From: a virus
Reading direction: 5' to 3' (one strand)
Virus record (IMG/VR): IMGVR_UViG_3300042883_000668
Coordinates: 1-64,000 of that record
DNA length: 64,000 bases
The translations under genes and the position numbers were made by a program. The notes beneath the pieces were generated by a model that worked only from the letters and a program-made list of their open reading frames with translations, was not told the DNA's origin and did not search any database. Below are positions 48,197 through 58,800 of the stretch, piece by piece (within the stretch, counting starts at the first letter, position 1; every line of letters begins with the position of its first letter).

Positions 48197-48743
48197 GAAA
48201 ACTAAAGTTTCTACAAAACCAAAGAAAAAAGCAGTTCCTCATGGAGTTCCAACTGTACATGATGGTGTTCAACTAAGATCTGGATTAGAGAAAGTATGTT
48301 ATCAGGCTTTACAGAAAGCCGGTATAACACACTTTAATTATGAAGATGATGTATTTGAACTACAATCTAAATTTACTGCTTCAGGAACTAGTTATCAGCT
48401 TTATAAACGTATGATGACTTATGATGAAGCTAAAGCAGAAGGAATAAATGCTAGATTTAAAGATAAAAATAAAGCAAAGTATGTTTATCAATTTGGAGAA
48501 GTTACTAATAAAATGAGAGCAATCACTATTAAACCTGATTTTAGTTGTTTAAACAAAGACACTAAAACTGGTTGGATTATAGAAACTAAGGGAGATTATA
48601 CTAATGAGTATCTTCTTAAGTTAAGATTGTTTAAGTATTGGTGGACTATGAATGGATGGATTATAGATTACTTTGCTCCTAACAACTTAACTAATGTAAA
48701 CAAATGTATTAAATTAATTAAAGAAAAATATTATGGATTATAG
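48171..48743 (+). CDS. PD-(D/E)xK endonuclease (T7 endonuclease I-like)
   Basis: RSGLE, KPDF, IIETKG. Confidence 0.75.
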   Translation: MVMRRKFVKKTKVSTKPKKKAVPHGVPTVHDGVQLRSGLEKVCYQALQKAGITHFNYEDDVFELQSKFTASGTSYQLYKRMMTYDEAKAEGINARFKDKNKAKYVYQFGEVTNKMRAITIKPDFSCLNKDTKTGWIIETKGDYTNEYLLKLRLFKYWWTMNGWIIDYFAPNNLTNVNKCIKLIKEKYYGL

Positions 48744-49212
48744 AGATAAATTTAAAAAAATAAAAAGTGTCTACTTTATTACAATGTGTATTTGTAGTGT
48801 ATTATTAGGTTGGTGTATTGGTAGATTAATTTTTTCAGATTATTCAAAACCTAAACTAATACCTAAACCAAGTCCTTGTGCAGATACCGTTAGAATAGAA
48901 GGTTTCAGTGAAAACAATTTGATAGAATTTATGATGCTTATTGAAATACAATATCCTGAAATTGTATTAGCTCAAGCTAAATTAGAATCTGGTAATTTTA
49001 CATCTGAAAGATTTAAAAAATATAATGCTTTATTTGGTTTCCAAACATCAGATACAAATATTATAAAATATAAATCTTGGAAAGAGTCAGTTATTCATTA
49101 TAAAGCTTGGCAAATGAAAAGACTTAAAAGTAATGAAAATTATTATGACTTTTTAATTAGAATAAAATATGCCTCAGATAGTAATTATATTAACAAATTA
49201 AAACAATTTTAA
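48733..49212 (+). CDS. Membrane-anchored GH73/glucosaminidase-like muralytic enzyme
   Basis: N-terminal TM; LAQAKLESG, NALFG, YASD.NY..KL. Confidence 0.75.
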   Translation: MDYRDKFKKIKSVYFITMCICSVLLGWCIGRLIFSDYSKPKLIPKPSPCADTVRIEGFSENNLIEFMMLIEIQYPEIVLAQAKLESGNFTSERFKKYNALFGFQTSDTNIIKYKSWKESVIHYKAWQMKRLKSNENYYDFLIRIKYASDSNYINKLKQF

Positions 49213-49213
49213 A

Positions 49214-49396
49214 ATGCCAAAAGTAAACTACGCAGATTTAGAATCTGTAACAAAGTTTTTAGATAAATTAAGTTATGAACTTGAGATTGGTATTGAACCA
49301 GGAATCTGGAGTAAAAAAACAATACTTAAAGCTAAAGAATTATCTAAAATGATTAAAGATAAATACACTGAAATAAAACCTGATTATGAAAAGTAG
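49214..49396 (+). CDS. Hypothetical protein
   Basis: 60 aa ORF. Confidence 0.45.
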   Translation: MPKVNYADLESVTKFLDKLSYELEIGIEPGIWSKKTILKAKELSKMIKDKYTEIKPDYEK

Positions 49397-50180
49397 TATT
49401 GCAATAATAGATTTAGACTCATTGTGTTATACTGCATTTCATCCTAATAAACAATTAGATGAATTTGGTATACCAATGAGAACTGATGACAATACAAAGT
49501 TTTTGTATATTGATAAATCAGAAGAAGAAATTGAATTATCTTGTGATAATTTAATGAGAATGGTTTTAGAAAATTCTAAAGCTACACATTACATTGCTTT
49601 TATTAAAGGTAAAAATACTATAGCTAGTAAATTAGCAGTAGATCCTTTATATAAGCAAGATAGAACTAAAGAATCTCCTAAAATGTGGGGATTTACAAAA
49701 GATTATTTTATTAAAAAACATGGTGCAATAGAAGTAAATAATATTGAAACGGATGATGCTGTAAATATTGCTAGATTAAATATTCCAAATGCTTTTATTT
49801 GTGCCATAGATTCTGATCTATTAGGATTAGAAGGTACTCATTACAATTGGAAAACTGGAAATTGGATTACTTGTACTAAAGAAGAAGCTAATTTGAAGTT
49901 TTGGCAAGATATGATTAAAGGAACTCACAATAATACTAAAGGAATTCCAAAAAAAGGTCAAGTGTATGTAAATAAGTTGTTTAATAATGTAAATAATAAT
50001 TATGCAATTAATGTATTACATGAATATATTGAACATTTTGGTGAAGAAATTGGAATTAAAGAATACTATAAAAATTATATCTGTTTGTATATACTGGAAA
50101 AATATGATAATATGATAATTCCAGAACCAATAAAAAGCACAGAAGTTTATGCAAGAACGCTTGGAGTGGTTGGAGAATAA
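49386..50180 (+). CDS. 5'-3' exonuclease (T7 gp6/PIN-like)
   Basis: IIDLDS, YKQDR, IETDDA, IDSDL, GIPKKG. Confidence 0.8.
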   Translation: MKSSIAIIDLDSLCYTAFHPNKQLDEFGIPMRTDDNTKFLYIDKSEEEIELSCDNLMRMVLENSKATHYIAFIKGKNTIASKLAVDPLYKQDRTKESPKMWGFTKDYFIKKHGAIEVNNIETDDAVNIARLNIPNAFICAIDSDLLGLEGTHYNWKTGNWITCTKEEANLKFWQDMIKGTHNNTKGIPKKGQVYVNKLFNNVNNNYAINVLHEYIEHFGEEIGIKEYYKNYICLYILEKYDNMIIPEPIKSTEVYARTLGVVGE

Positions 50181-50742
50181 TGGTTATATTAATAATAATG
50201 TAATTAAAAATACCAAAACTACAACATTTTTAATGCCTTTAATTGGCATATCTGAATTTAGTATTGAACATCTTAACCCTAAATTGTTAATAAATGCTCA
50301 TATTAAAAGTAAAGAAGATAAATTAATTTATGTAATTTTGAATAAGTTAGACTTTCCTGAACAAGCTAATGATTATGTAATTATTCAAAATTTAAATGAA
50401 CACTTTGTTGAATACATTGACGAAGAACAAGAATACATATTAATTTATAAAATACCTGAACACTTTTATGATGATTATGATAAAATACTAGATGGACAAT
50501 ATTCTAAAACTAGTATTCATTATAAAGAAATCATGATTAGAGTTTATGGTATACAAACAAATAGAGATAATTATTTATCTACAGTTCATGATGTATTATA
50601 TCCTACAATTATTAAAAGAGAGCAATATGCTGTATTTTTAAATGTAGATGTAAAGTTAATTCAAGAAGTATGTAGTAAACCTAAATTACCTTATGAAACA
50701 TATAAAACTATAAAACAATTAAAAGAAAATTATGGAATATAA
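50149..50742 (+). CDS. Hypothetical protein (crAss-like conserved)
   Basis: TTFLMPLI...G.YSK.S pattern. Confidence 0.55.
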   Translation: MQERLEWLENNGYINNNVIKNTKTTTFLMPLIGISEFSIEHLNPKLLINAHIKSKEDKLIYVILNKLDFPEQANDYVIIQNLNEHFVEYIDEEQEYILIYKIPEHFYDDYDKILDGQYSKTSIHYKEIMIRVYGIQTNRDNYLSTVHDVLYPTIIKREQYAVFLNVDVKLIQEVCSKPKLPYETYKTIKQLKENYGI

Positions 50743-50944
50743 AGAAAGAGTAGACCAAATTGTTGAATCTAGTAATCAAAGAACAGAAAGAATGTTTCCA
50801 ATATTGAATAAAATAGATAGGATTTGGAATCACCATTCAGATTTACAATTTTGTGAATTGGTTAAATTAATTGTTTTAGATAGTACTGACTTAGAATTTA
50901 CTAAAAAATTAGATGAATATATAGATGACAATGGAATTAAATAA
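50732..50944 (+). CDS. Hypothetical protein
   Basis: 70 aa ORF. Confidence 0.5.
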   Translation: MEYKERVDQIVESSNQRTERMFPILNKIDRIWNHHSDLQFCELVKLIVLDSTDLEFTKKLDEYIDDNGIK

Positions 50945-51752
50945 TTATACAATAGATGATTTTATTAAAATAGAACCTGTAATTTTTGAATATTGTGTAA
51001 ACTTAACACAAAAGAAAACCTCCACTTCTTGGTATAGAGACGTAGCTGATGCTAAAGACCTATATCAAGAGGTTTTCTTGTTTGTACATGATACTTATTT
51101 CAATAAGCCTAAAGAACCAACATATGAAGGTAGATTTATTCAAATAATGAAAAATGCTACATATTGGGCTTATCATAAAAGAATTACTACAGCAAATTCA
51201 AGAATTTACAGAAGTTTGAATAGAATTGATGATTCACCTAAAGATTTATTTTTATTTGAACAATCAAGTTATGAATCAGGTAAAACATACTTGAATTTTA
51301 AAGATAGTATTGACTATCAATATTACACTAAATCATTAGATCCAATAGAATTAAAAGCAGTAGAATTGTATTTACAAGGATACCCTATTAAAGAAATTGA
51401 TGAAATGTGTAATAAGCGTAGAGGATTTTTTGAATATCTTATGAGATCTAAAGTAGCTAAAATTGCAAAGAAAGATGTTGTTAAGCCATCTAAACCTATT
51501 AGAAAAATAGTTGAAAAAAAAATGAAACTAATAGAAGATGATGTTGCTTTTCTTAAAGCTAAAGTTAAAGATTATGATAAAATATTTACATCTAAAAGAA
51601 TAAATGAAAAGAATATTAAATTATATTCATTATATTTGCAAGGTATTTGTCTTAAAGATATAGGTAAAATATTTAAAAGATCTAAACATCAAGTTGCTGT
51701 AGAAATTTTTAGAATTAAACAAAAAATTAAAAAACATGGTACTGGAGAATAA
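50925..51752 (+). CDS. ECF-like sigma factor with duplicated region-4 HTH
   Basis: DAKDLYQEVFL region 2; LYLQGYPIKEI and LYLQGICLKDIG HTH repeats. Confidence 0.65.
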   Translation: MTMELNNYTIDDFIKIEPVIFEYCVNLTQKKTSTSWYRDVADAKDLYQEVFLFVHDTYFNKPKEPTYEGRFIQIMKNATYWAYHKRITTANSRIYRSLNRIDDSPKDLFLFEQSSYESGKTYLNFKDSIDYQYYTKSLDPIELKAVELYLQGYPIKEIDEMCNKRRGFFEYLMRSKVAKIAKKDVVKPSKPIRKIVEKKMKLIEDDVAFLKAKVKDYDKIFTSKRINEKNIKLYSLYLQGICLKDIGKIFKRSKHQVAVEIFRIKQKIKKHGTGE

Positions 51753-52104
51753 ACATGAATTAATTCCTTTAGAAGAAAAAATTGAACATATTAAAGAAAC
51801 ACTTAAATTTGATAATGGTAAACCTTGTATAAGTGATATACCTCAATTAAGTTTAATGTCTTTAGCTAAAGTGTTTAATTATGGAGCTATAAAATATAGT
51901 AAATTTAACTACTCCCATGGCACGGAGTGGTTAAGATACTATGATGCTGCTCAAAGACATATGAATGCTTGGATGACTTGTGAAGATATAGATGAATCTA
52001 CACATCATCATTTAGACCATGCAATAGCTAGTCTTATGATGTTAAGAGAAAATATCCACCTTGATAAAGGTGTTGATAACAGAAATCCAATATATAAAAA
52101 ATAA
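51736..52104 (+). CDS. dATP/dGTP diphosphohydrolase-like (DUF5664)
   Basis: KFDNGKP...YGAIKY...YYDAAQRH..AW...D.DES..HHLDHA. Confidence 0.8.
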   Translation: MVLENKHELIPLEEKIEHIKETLKFDNGKPCISDIPQLSLMSLAKVFNYGAIKYSKFNYSHGTEWLRYYDAAQRHMNAWMTCEDIDESTHHHLDHAIASLMMLRENIHLDKGVDNRNPIYKK

Positions 52105-52105
52105 T

Positions 52106-53194
52106 ATGGTATTAAACAAAATACAAAAACCAATTTATGATTGGTTATTATCTAAAACTGGTTATCTTAAATGTAGTCCTAAAGTAGTTGCTAAGAATTA
52201 TCCTAAAACAGTAGATATTAAGCATATAATTATTGCATTAGAGCAAGCTAGAATTGAAATTAAACGCAGAGAGTCTGCTAAATCTTTAGTTAAAAAAGTA
52301 TCTTTAACACAACAAGTTGAAATACTTAAAAAATCTATGAATTTAGAAACTAGAGCACCTAAAGTTGTTAGAGATGGTACAGTTAAAATTACTAATGATT
52401 TTAAATTATCTAGACTTGCAATTAGAGGTCAAAGATACTTAACTCCAGGTATGTATATTGTACTAGGTTGTGTGCATGCACCATTTCACTTAGCTCCAGC
52501 ATTTAAAGCTGTTGAACAATTGTTACATGATAATAAATCTGAAATAGTTGGATTAGTGTTAGATGGTGATTTTGCAGATATAAATTCACTTAGCTCTCAT
52601 GACAAAGGTAGAAAACCTATTCCAGGTGTTACATTAGATTGGGAATATACTGAGTCTGAAATTTTATTAGATAGTTTATTAAATCCATTAGCTTCTAATA
52701 TATCTAAAATATTTATTTATGGAAATCATGAAGATAGATATAACAGATATATGTCTGATATTGATAATTCTAAATTAGGGGCAAGTTTAAAATCTCCAAT
52801 AGAAGGTTTAAACTTAATATCTAAAGGGTTTGACATTTATGAAAATTGGAAAGAAGATTTTGTTACACTAGGTCATCATTTAGATGTATCACATGGAGAG
52901 TTTTATAACATACATTCAGCTAAAAAACATATAGATACTTATAGACGATCTATCTTATATTATCATACTCATAGAGTACAACAATATATTGAAGGTGCTG
53001 TAGGTGGTTATAATGGTGGTTCTATGGCAGATTTTAGTGCACCTGTATTTGGATATGCTTCAAGAGCTATGAAAAATAGTTGGCTTAATGGATTTAACAC
53101 TGTTCATGTAGATGAACAAGGATTTTATCACATTCAACAGATAGTTTGTTATAACAATAGCTTTGTATTTGGTAATAAAGTTTACAAGTATTAA
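52106..53194 (+). CDS. Calcineurin-like metallophosphoesterase
   Basis: CVH, GDFAD, GNHE, SHG, HTH motifs. Confidence 0.8.
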   Translation: MVLNKIQKPIYDWLLSKTGYLKCSPKVVAKNYPKTVDIKHIIIALEQARIEIKRRESAKSLVKKVSLTQQVEILKKSMNLETRAPKVVRDGTVKITNDFKLSRLAIRGQRYLTPGMYIVLGCVHAPFHLAPAFKAVEQLLHDNKSEIVGLVLDGDFADINSLSSHDKGRKPIPGVTLDWEYTESEILLDSLLNPLASNISKIFIYGNHEDRYNRYMSDIDNSKLGASLKSPIEGLNLISKGFDIYENWKEDFVTLGHHLDVSHGEFYNIHSAKKHIDTYRRSILYYHTHRVQQYIEGAVGGYNGGSMADFSAPVFGYASRAMKNSWLNGFNTVHVDEQGFYHIQQIVCYNNSFVFGNKVYKY

Positions 53195-53357
53195 AAAACA
53201 TTGTACCAACAACCTCTGAATATGTTCAAAGTTGAGTGCCTTAGATGCAACTCGAGTGCAGGTCTAAGTAGCTATATAAGATTGATTATTTTTTATCAGT
53301 GTTTATATTAATCCAGAAAGCTAAAGTCGTCTGGTTTATTTTATAAAAAAAATAATT

Positions 53358-53753
53358 ATGATAAAAGGAACTAGAAATCAATTATATAATGTTAATAATG
53401 CCTCTCAAGGAGAAACTAAGAAAGTATTAACAGTATGTTCTGCAGGATTATTAAGATCTGCAACTCTTCAAAATATGCTTATTAAAGAATATGGATATAA
53501 TGTTAGAAATTGTGGTACAGTAGAATCTTATGCATTAATACCTATTAGTGAAGCTTTAGTAAAGTGGGCTGATGAAATTGTATTTGTTAATATGGAAAAC
53601 TTTAGAGATGTTAAAAAAGATATTGAAGAATTAGGATTATTAGATAAAACTTATGTTTTAGATATTCCCGACATGTATGAATTTAATAATCCTGAATTAT
53701 TAGAAATATGCAAAGAACAATATAATAATAAAACTTTAATTAAAAAAACATGA
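53358..53753 (+). CDS. Low-molecular-weight PTP-like phosphatase
   Basis: VCSAGLLRS (CX5RS), WADEIV, LDIPD. Confidence 0.8.
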   Translation: MIKGTRNQLYNVNNASQGETKKVLTVCSAGLLRSATLQNMLIKEYGYNVRNCGTVESYALIPISEALVKWADEIVFVNMENFRDVKKDIEELGLLDKTYVLDIPDMYEFNNPELLEICKEQYNNKTLIKKT

Positions 53754-54085
53754 GTGGAGGACATTTTGAATACCAGCAACACAGAATCAATGATATACTT
53801 GAGTCAATTGAAGCACAAATTGATAGAAGTGGTAGAGCAAAAACCAAAGAAGAATTAAGAGAATGGGGTGGATATGATCCTGAATATTATGAAAAATATC
53901 CTGAAGAAAAATTCTATTATAAATATTCTGATGAAGTAATTAATGAATTTAAAATAGGTGTAAAAAAGCTTAAAGAAGCTTATATTTATGCTCAAAGAAT
54001 AGATTGGTTATTGAGTGGTGATGATGGAGAAGAAACATTTTTAACAAGACTTAAAAAAGAATTAAATGAAAATAAAAGTAAATAG
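53750..54085 (+). CDS. Hypothetical protein
   Basis: MSGGHFEY...IDWLLSGDDGEE small phage family pattern. Confidence 0.6.
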   Translation: MSGGHFEYQQHRINDILESIEAQIDRSGRAKTKEELREWGGYDPEYYEKYPEEKFYYKYSDEVINEFKIGVKKLKEAYIYAQRIDWLLSGDDGEETFLTRLKKELNENKSK

Positions 54086-54353
54086 TGAAAAGTTTGTATC
54101 TATAGTTGTAGATTACATGTTGAGAGAATTTAATGCTAATTATGAATCAGTTAAAAAGAAACCTAAAATTAAAAATGTAGATTGGTTTGAATACTATTGG
54201 GATAATCCTGAAAGTAAACAAGAATTTTTAGATTGGTTAAAAAAGTTTTTAAAAGCAAAAGTTAATTATAGTCCTTACAAAATTAATGATGTTGTATCTC
54301 AAATAGATTTAATGTGGGGTTTAAAAGTATATGAAGATGATGTTAAGAAATAG
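54066..54353 (+). CDS. Hypothetical protein
   Basis: 95 aa ORF. Confidence 0.55.
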   Translation: MKIKVNSEKFVSIVVDYMLREFNANYESVKKKPKIKNVDWFEYYWDNPESKQEFLDWLKKFLKAKVNYSPYKINDVVSQIDLMWGLKVYEDDVKK

Positions 54354-54414
54354 TATAAAATGTTAAATATGTTAAATTATTAGTATTGTTGATGGTAATA
54401 ATGTATATTTGTAT

Positions 54415-55221
54415 ATGAAATATACACTAGCACAACTTCAAAAAATAGAAGAGTTGTATTTGCAACAATATACAGCTAGAGAAATTGCAATATTATTAAA
54501 TATTAATGTTGGAATTATTTTTAAACAAATAAAAAAAGCAGGAATTTCAAGACCTATTTCCGAAGCAAAAAGAAAATATACAATTAATGAAAATTTATTT
54601 AAAAACATTGATTGTTATTGGAAAGCTTATTTTTTAGGTTGGATGTATTCTGACGGTAATATTTATTTAGGAGCAAAAAGAAATTCTGCATCATTATGTT
54701 TATCAGAAAAAGATAAAATTGTTTTAGATTATTTTAATAATAAAATCTATAATAATTTAAAACCTTTAAATTATAGAAAAAGTAGATATAAAAAAGATAC
54801 TTTATATTTTTGTAGTCCTCTATATAGATTAACAATTGATTCTAAAATAATATGTAATGATTTAATTTTACAAGGAGTTCTTCCAAACAAATCTAAAATA
54901 ATTGAATCTCCTTTATATTTAAAAGAAGATTTTTTCCCTGCTTTTATTCAAGGTGTATTTGAAGGTGATGGTTGTATTAAGCAAAATCGAACAATAGCTA
55001 ATAAAACTATTGAAATATTATCTGCATCTAAACCTTTTTTAATTTGGTTACAAAAAGTATTACAAAATAATTACAATATAGTTATGGATATTAGAAATCA
55101 AACACCTACATTATATATATTAAAAACATCAAGAAAAGAAACAATAATGCAATTTAAAGATTTACTTTATACTAACGCAGAATTTAAACTAAAAAGAAAA
55201 TATGAAAAATTTAATTATTAA
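54415..55221 (+). CDS. Free-standing LAGLIDADG homing endonuclease with N-terminal HTH
   Basis: AYFLGWMYSDG and FIQGVFEGDG motifs; TATATTTG immediately upstream. Confidence 0.85.
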   Translation: MKYTLAQLQKIEELYLQQYTAREIAILLNINVGIIFKQIKKAGISRPISEAKRKYTINENLFKNIDCYWKAYFLGWMYSDGNIYLGAKRNSASLCLSEKDKIVLDYFNNKIYNNLKPLNYRKSRYKKDTLYFCSPLYRLTIDSKIICNDLILQGVLPNKSKIIESPLYLKEDFFPAFIQGVFEGDGCIKQNRTIANKTIEILSASKPFLIWLQKVLQNNYNIVMDIRNQTPTLYILKTSRKETIMQFKDLLYTNAEFKLKRKYEKFNY

Positions 55222-55615
55222 AAACTATCTTTTAAATAGTATACAAACACCAGATGGTACAATATTAACTAGTACTCATCGTCATGACTATAAAACATAT
55301 AAAGATAAAAACGGAGAAGAGTACATGGTGGATGGGGGTAATTCCTATTTACGAAGAAATATTAATATTGAACCTTATATAGATTTATCAATAGAAGATG
55401 ATGGTACACATGAACTTAGAAGGCAATATCTTACATGGGGTAAAAACTATGATAAAGATATGAATAGATTACCTGAAACAATCTATAGTCCAATTAAAGA
55501 TATGACTTCTGATCATATTCAAGCAATATTAGATGGTAATTATGCTAAAAATAATCCTTTTTATGAAGAATTATTTAAAGAAGAATTAATTTTTAGAATT
55601 AAAGATTCAGTATAA
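55202..55615 (+). CDS. Hypothetical protein
   Basis: S.HRHDY...VDGG.SYLRR phage family pattern. Confidence 0.6.
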   Translation: MKNLIIKNYLLNSIQTPDGTILTSTHRHDYKTYKDKNGEEYMVDGGNSYLRRNINIEPYIDLSIEDDGTHELRRQYLTWGKNYDKDMNRLPETIYSPIKDMTSDHIQAILDGNYAKNNPFYEELFKEELIFRIKDSV

Positions 55616-55815
55616 TGGAAAGACAAGAAGGATATTATTGGGTTAAAATAGTAAATAGAGATAAACATGAAATAGTTTATTTTCAAATAAATCAAAAAAT
55701 GAGTAGAATATCTACAAGTTGGTATTTAGTTGGTGATGAAAGATGTTATTTTGAATCAGATTTTGAACACATTAATGAAAATAAAATTAAAGAACCTGGT
55801 GAATTACCAGATTAA
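55615..55815 (+). CDS. Hypothetical protein
   Basis: 66 aa; REGYYWVK-type start. Confidence 0.55.
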   Translation: MERQEGYYWVKIVNRDKHEIVYFQINQKMSRISTSWYLVGDERCYFESDFEHINENKIKEPGELPD

Positions 55816-55818
55816 ATT

Positions 55819-55856
55819 AAAAAGTCCCCTAGAGTTTTTCTAGAGGACTTTTTTTT
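55819..55856. terminator. Bidirectional terminator at convergence point
   Basis: AAAAAGTCCCCTAGAG-loop-TTCTAGAGGACTTTTTTTT. Confidence 0.8.
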
Positions 55857-55870
55857 ATTCACCGCAATAT

Positions 55871-58800
55871 TTATTTAATTTTTTCTACATATTTTTTCTC
55901 ATTAAATAACTCAGGTACATTTTGCCCTAATTGGTTATATCCTGGTATTACTTGACCTAAACTTCTATAGAATTTATTTTCTCCTTTATGTGCACCAGAT
56001 TTAACTTCATACTCTCCACCATATGCAAAATAAGGTATATAAGTTGCAACATCTACTAATTGACCAACTAATTTTGTTAAAGCAAAAGGATTTTTTACAA
56101 AAGAAATAACATTTTTAGGATTAGAAAGAAATAATATATCATTAGATGTTTTATCTAATTGATCCATAAGAAATTTATAAGTAGCAGTCTTTTTACGTTT
56201 ATCATCATCATCATCCATACCCATAGCTATTGCTGTAAGATTTATTGCTGTAAAAATAACAATTTCTGTCATAGTTTTTCTTAAATTGTAAATTTCCATT
56301 TCAGATAATTCACCTTTATTAAATCTTTCTACAGATTTTTTAAGACTCATAGTTAACTTTATAAAAGTTATCCATCTACCTTCTGTTTCAACCATTAACC
56401 TATCATTATATTGCTTACGACCTAATCTAGTTTCAACAGCAGCAGGAATCCATTTCTTAAATTGAAAAGCCATTCTAAATAAAACATTTTGATTTAATAT
56501 AGCAGCATCTCTAGTAGAATATCTACCATGAATTTGTTCATTAACTCCCATAATTCTAGTAGAGTTTCTTAACATATAATCTTTAAATTCTTCTTGAGTA
56601 CCAAAGTGTTTTAAATGTTCAGGTTTAAGTTCACCTTTATCATCTAACATTTCCCATAAACTAGTTTTACCATCTGGTTTAGTATGAAGCATCATTGCAA
56701 TCATAGTTCTAGTTTGTAAAAAAACTTCACCTGATTTTTGAGGTAAATATATAAAGTTTTTTAATTTTTCACCAGTTAATCCATAAAAACCTTGTCTAAT
56801 ACTTACATTAGAAGCATATTCATAATCTGTTAATTCTTGAAGCATTGGATATTTTTCAATTAACATTCTTGTTTTAGAATCTTTTTTATTTATTTGAGCA
56901 ATAAATATTCCTCCTGCTTTATTTAAATCACTAAGATTAAAAAATCTACCACCTGCAGCTTCAATAACATTACCTATTTCACCTACAGCTAAGTTGGTAA
57001 ATGCAGTAATAGGATTTAAACCAATCCTAAGTAAACTATTCCACTTTAAACCAAAGTCAGCTAATTCACCCATTTTAATATATTTCTTACCTATTTCTTC
57101 ACCAGTTTTTTCATCATATATTGTACCAATAGTTAATTCATCTACACCTTTTGTTTTTTTACCTAAAATTTGCATTTCAATAAATTTATCAACCATATTA
57201 TAAATATTAGAATCTTCACCTTCAACAGCTTTTCCTCTTTTATGAGGATTAATAAATGTATTATCTGCTAAACTACGTTGTAATAATCTAGTTTGTGGTA
57301 ATATATCAGATAAATTTTCATGTTCAATAGCCATTGCTGCAAACTTAAATAAGCTTTCACCTAAATCTCTTGATTTTTCTTCACCTGTTAATTTACTAAT
57401 ATATTTTAAAGAAATAACATCTCTTTCTAAAGATTCATCTTTAATAAGATCATCTTTTGTAATTCTATATACTTGCATTCCAGTAATATATTTAGCTAAA
57501 AACTTTAACTTACCTGTAAATCCTTCAGCTTTAGCAATATCGACTAATGATGTTGCATATAAATTAGGAATAAAATCTTCAGGATTTATTCTTTCAGTTT
57601 GTTCATTATCTGGAAGTCTTTCTAAAGATTGTTTAATTGTTTCTTGATAAAACTTATAGAAATTAGCTAATTCTTCATTACCTTTTTTAAATATAGTTTC
57701 ATAATTAGGATTGACATATTTAGCAGGATTAATTGGTACATGTCTATTAGTTGCACTATCCCATTTAGCAAAATTTAAATATAATTTATCTTTAGCTTTT
57801 AAAGAAGCATTTAACTTTTCATAAAACTCTGTAGTATAAGGTCTAGTTAACACGGTAGTATTATTTAAATCTTGTATAAATAAATCATATACTTGTTTTA
57901 TATTCATATTATGACCTTTAGCATAAACTTTTAAACCTTCAGTATATGCTTTTATTTTTTCATAAATAGCACCTTGTTCACCAGATATTTTAATTTGTGT
58001 AGTTTTAATTAACATACCAATAGTTCTAGCAATTCTATTATCAGAATTAGCTAAAGCTCCAGTCATCATATTTAAATAACTAATATCTCTTTTATCAGTT
58101 TGTAATTCATCATAAGATAAATCTTCTTTCTTATTAGAAGTTGCATCTACAGAAGTTTTAACAATATGTTGCATTACATAAGTATATCTTTTTCTAAGAT
58201 TATTAACTCTTTCAGGAATACCTTCTTCAGATAATTCATATAAACTATCTAATTTTTCTAATAACTCAGAAACAACTTTAACACTAGCTTCTCTATTACC
58301 TTTTTCATAAGCTCTAATTAATGCTTCAATGTTATCTAATTCCATATTAGCTAATGCATATAAATAAGCTTTGTTTTTAGTAGTTTCATACTTAGATAAC
58401 ATATCTCTCATAGAAACTTCCATTGCTTTAAACCTTTCATACTGTTCAGTTCCAGGTTTATATTTTTTAACAGCAGCTTTAACTCTACCAATACTTCTTT
58501 TTAAATTAACTATTTGATTTTTATACTCATTAGCTGATTTAGATTTTTCAAATTCTGCTTTTTTTTCAGCTTCAGTATAACTCATTTGAGCAGTAGCATC
58601 TAACTTTAAAATTTGATAAACATAAGCTGGTTTTTTATTATCAAAGAAATCTTTAATATGTTGAAGTTTAAGTTCTTCATCAGTAAATTTCTTTTTTAAA
58701 TAAGCAATATTACCAATATCAGAAGCTTGAGATAAATTAGGATTAACTAATGTTAATTGATAAAAAAACTTACCAAACTTATAAACACCAGAAGGATATT

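Noticed and set aside
51736-52104. 2-aminoadenine (Z) or other modified-base genome pathway
   Set aside because: No PurZ or other base-modification genes visible in the window; DUF5664 alone is insufficient
54409-55221. LAGLIDADG gene as part of an intron or intein
   Set aside because: Flanking genes appear complete and no group I core elements flank it
409-57203. Short antisense or out-of-frame ORFs in the track (409, 2515, 3947, 7745, 15244, 16706, 17547, 17608, 19031, 21223, 22163, 28961, 30058, 43596, 47567, 56994)
   Set aside because: Nested in or opposite well-supported genes, with no motifs; likely shadows
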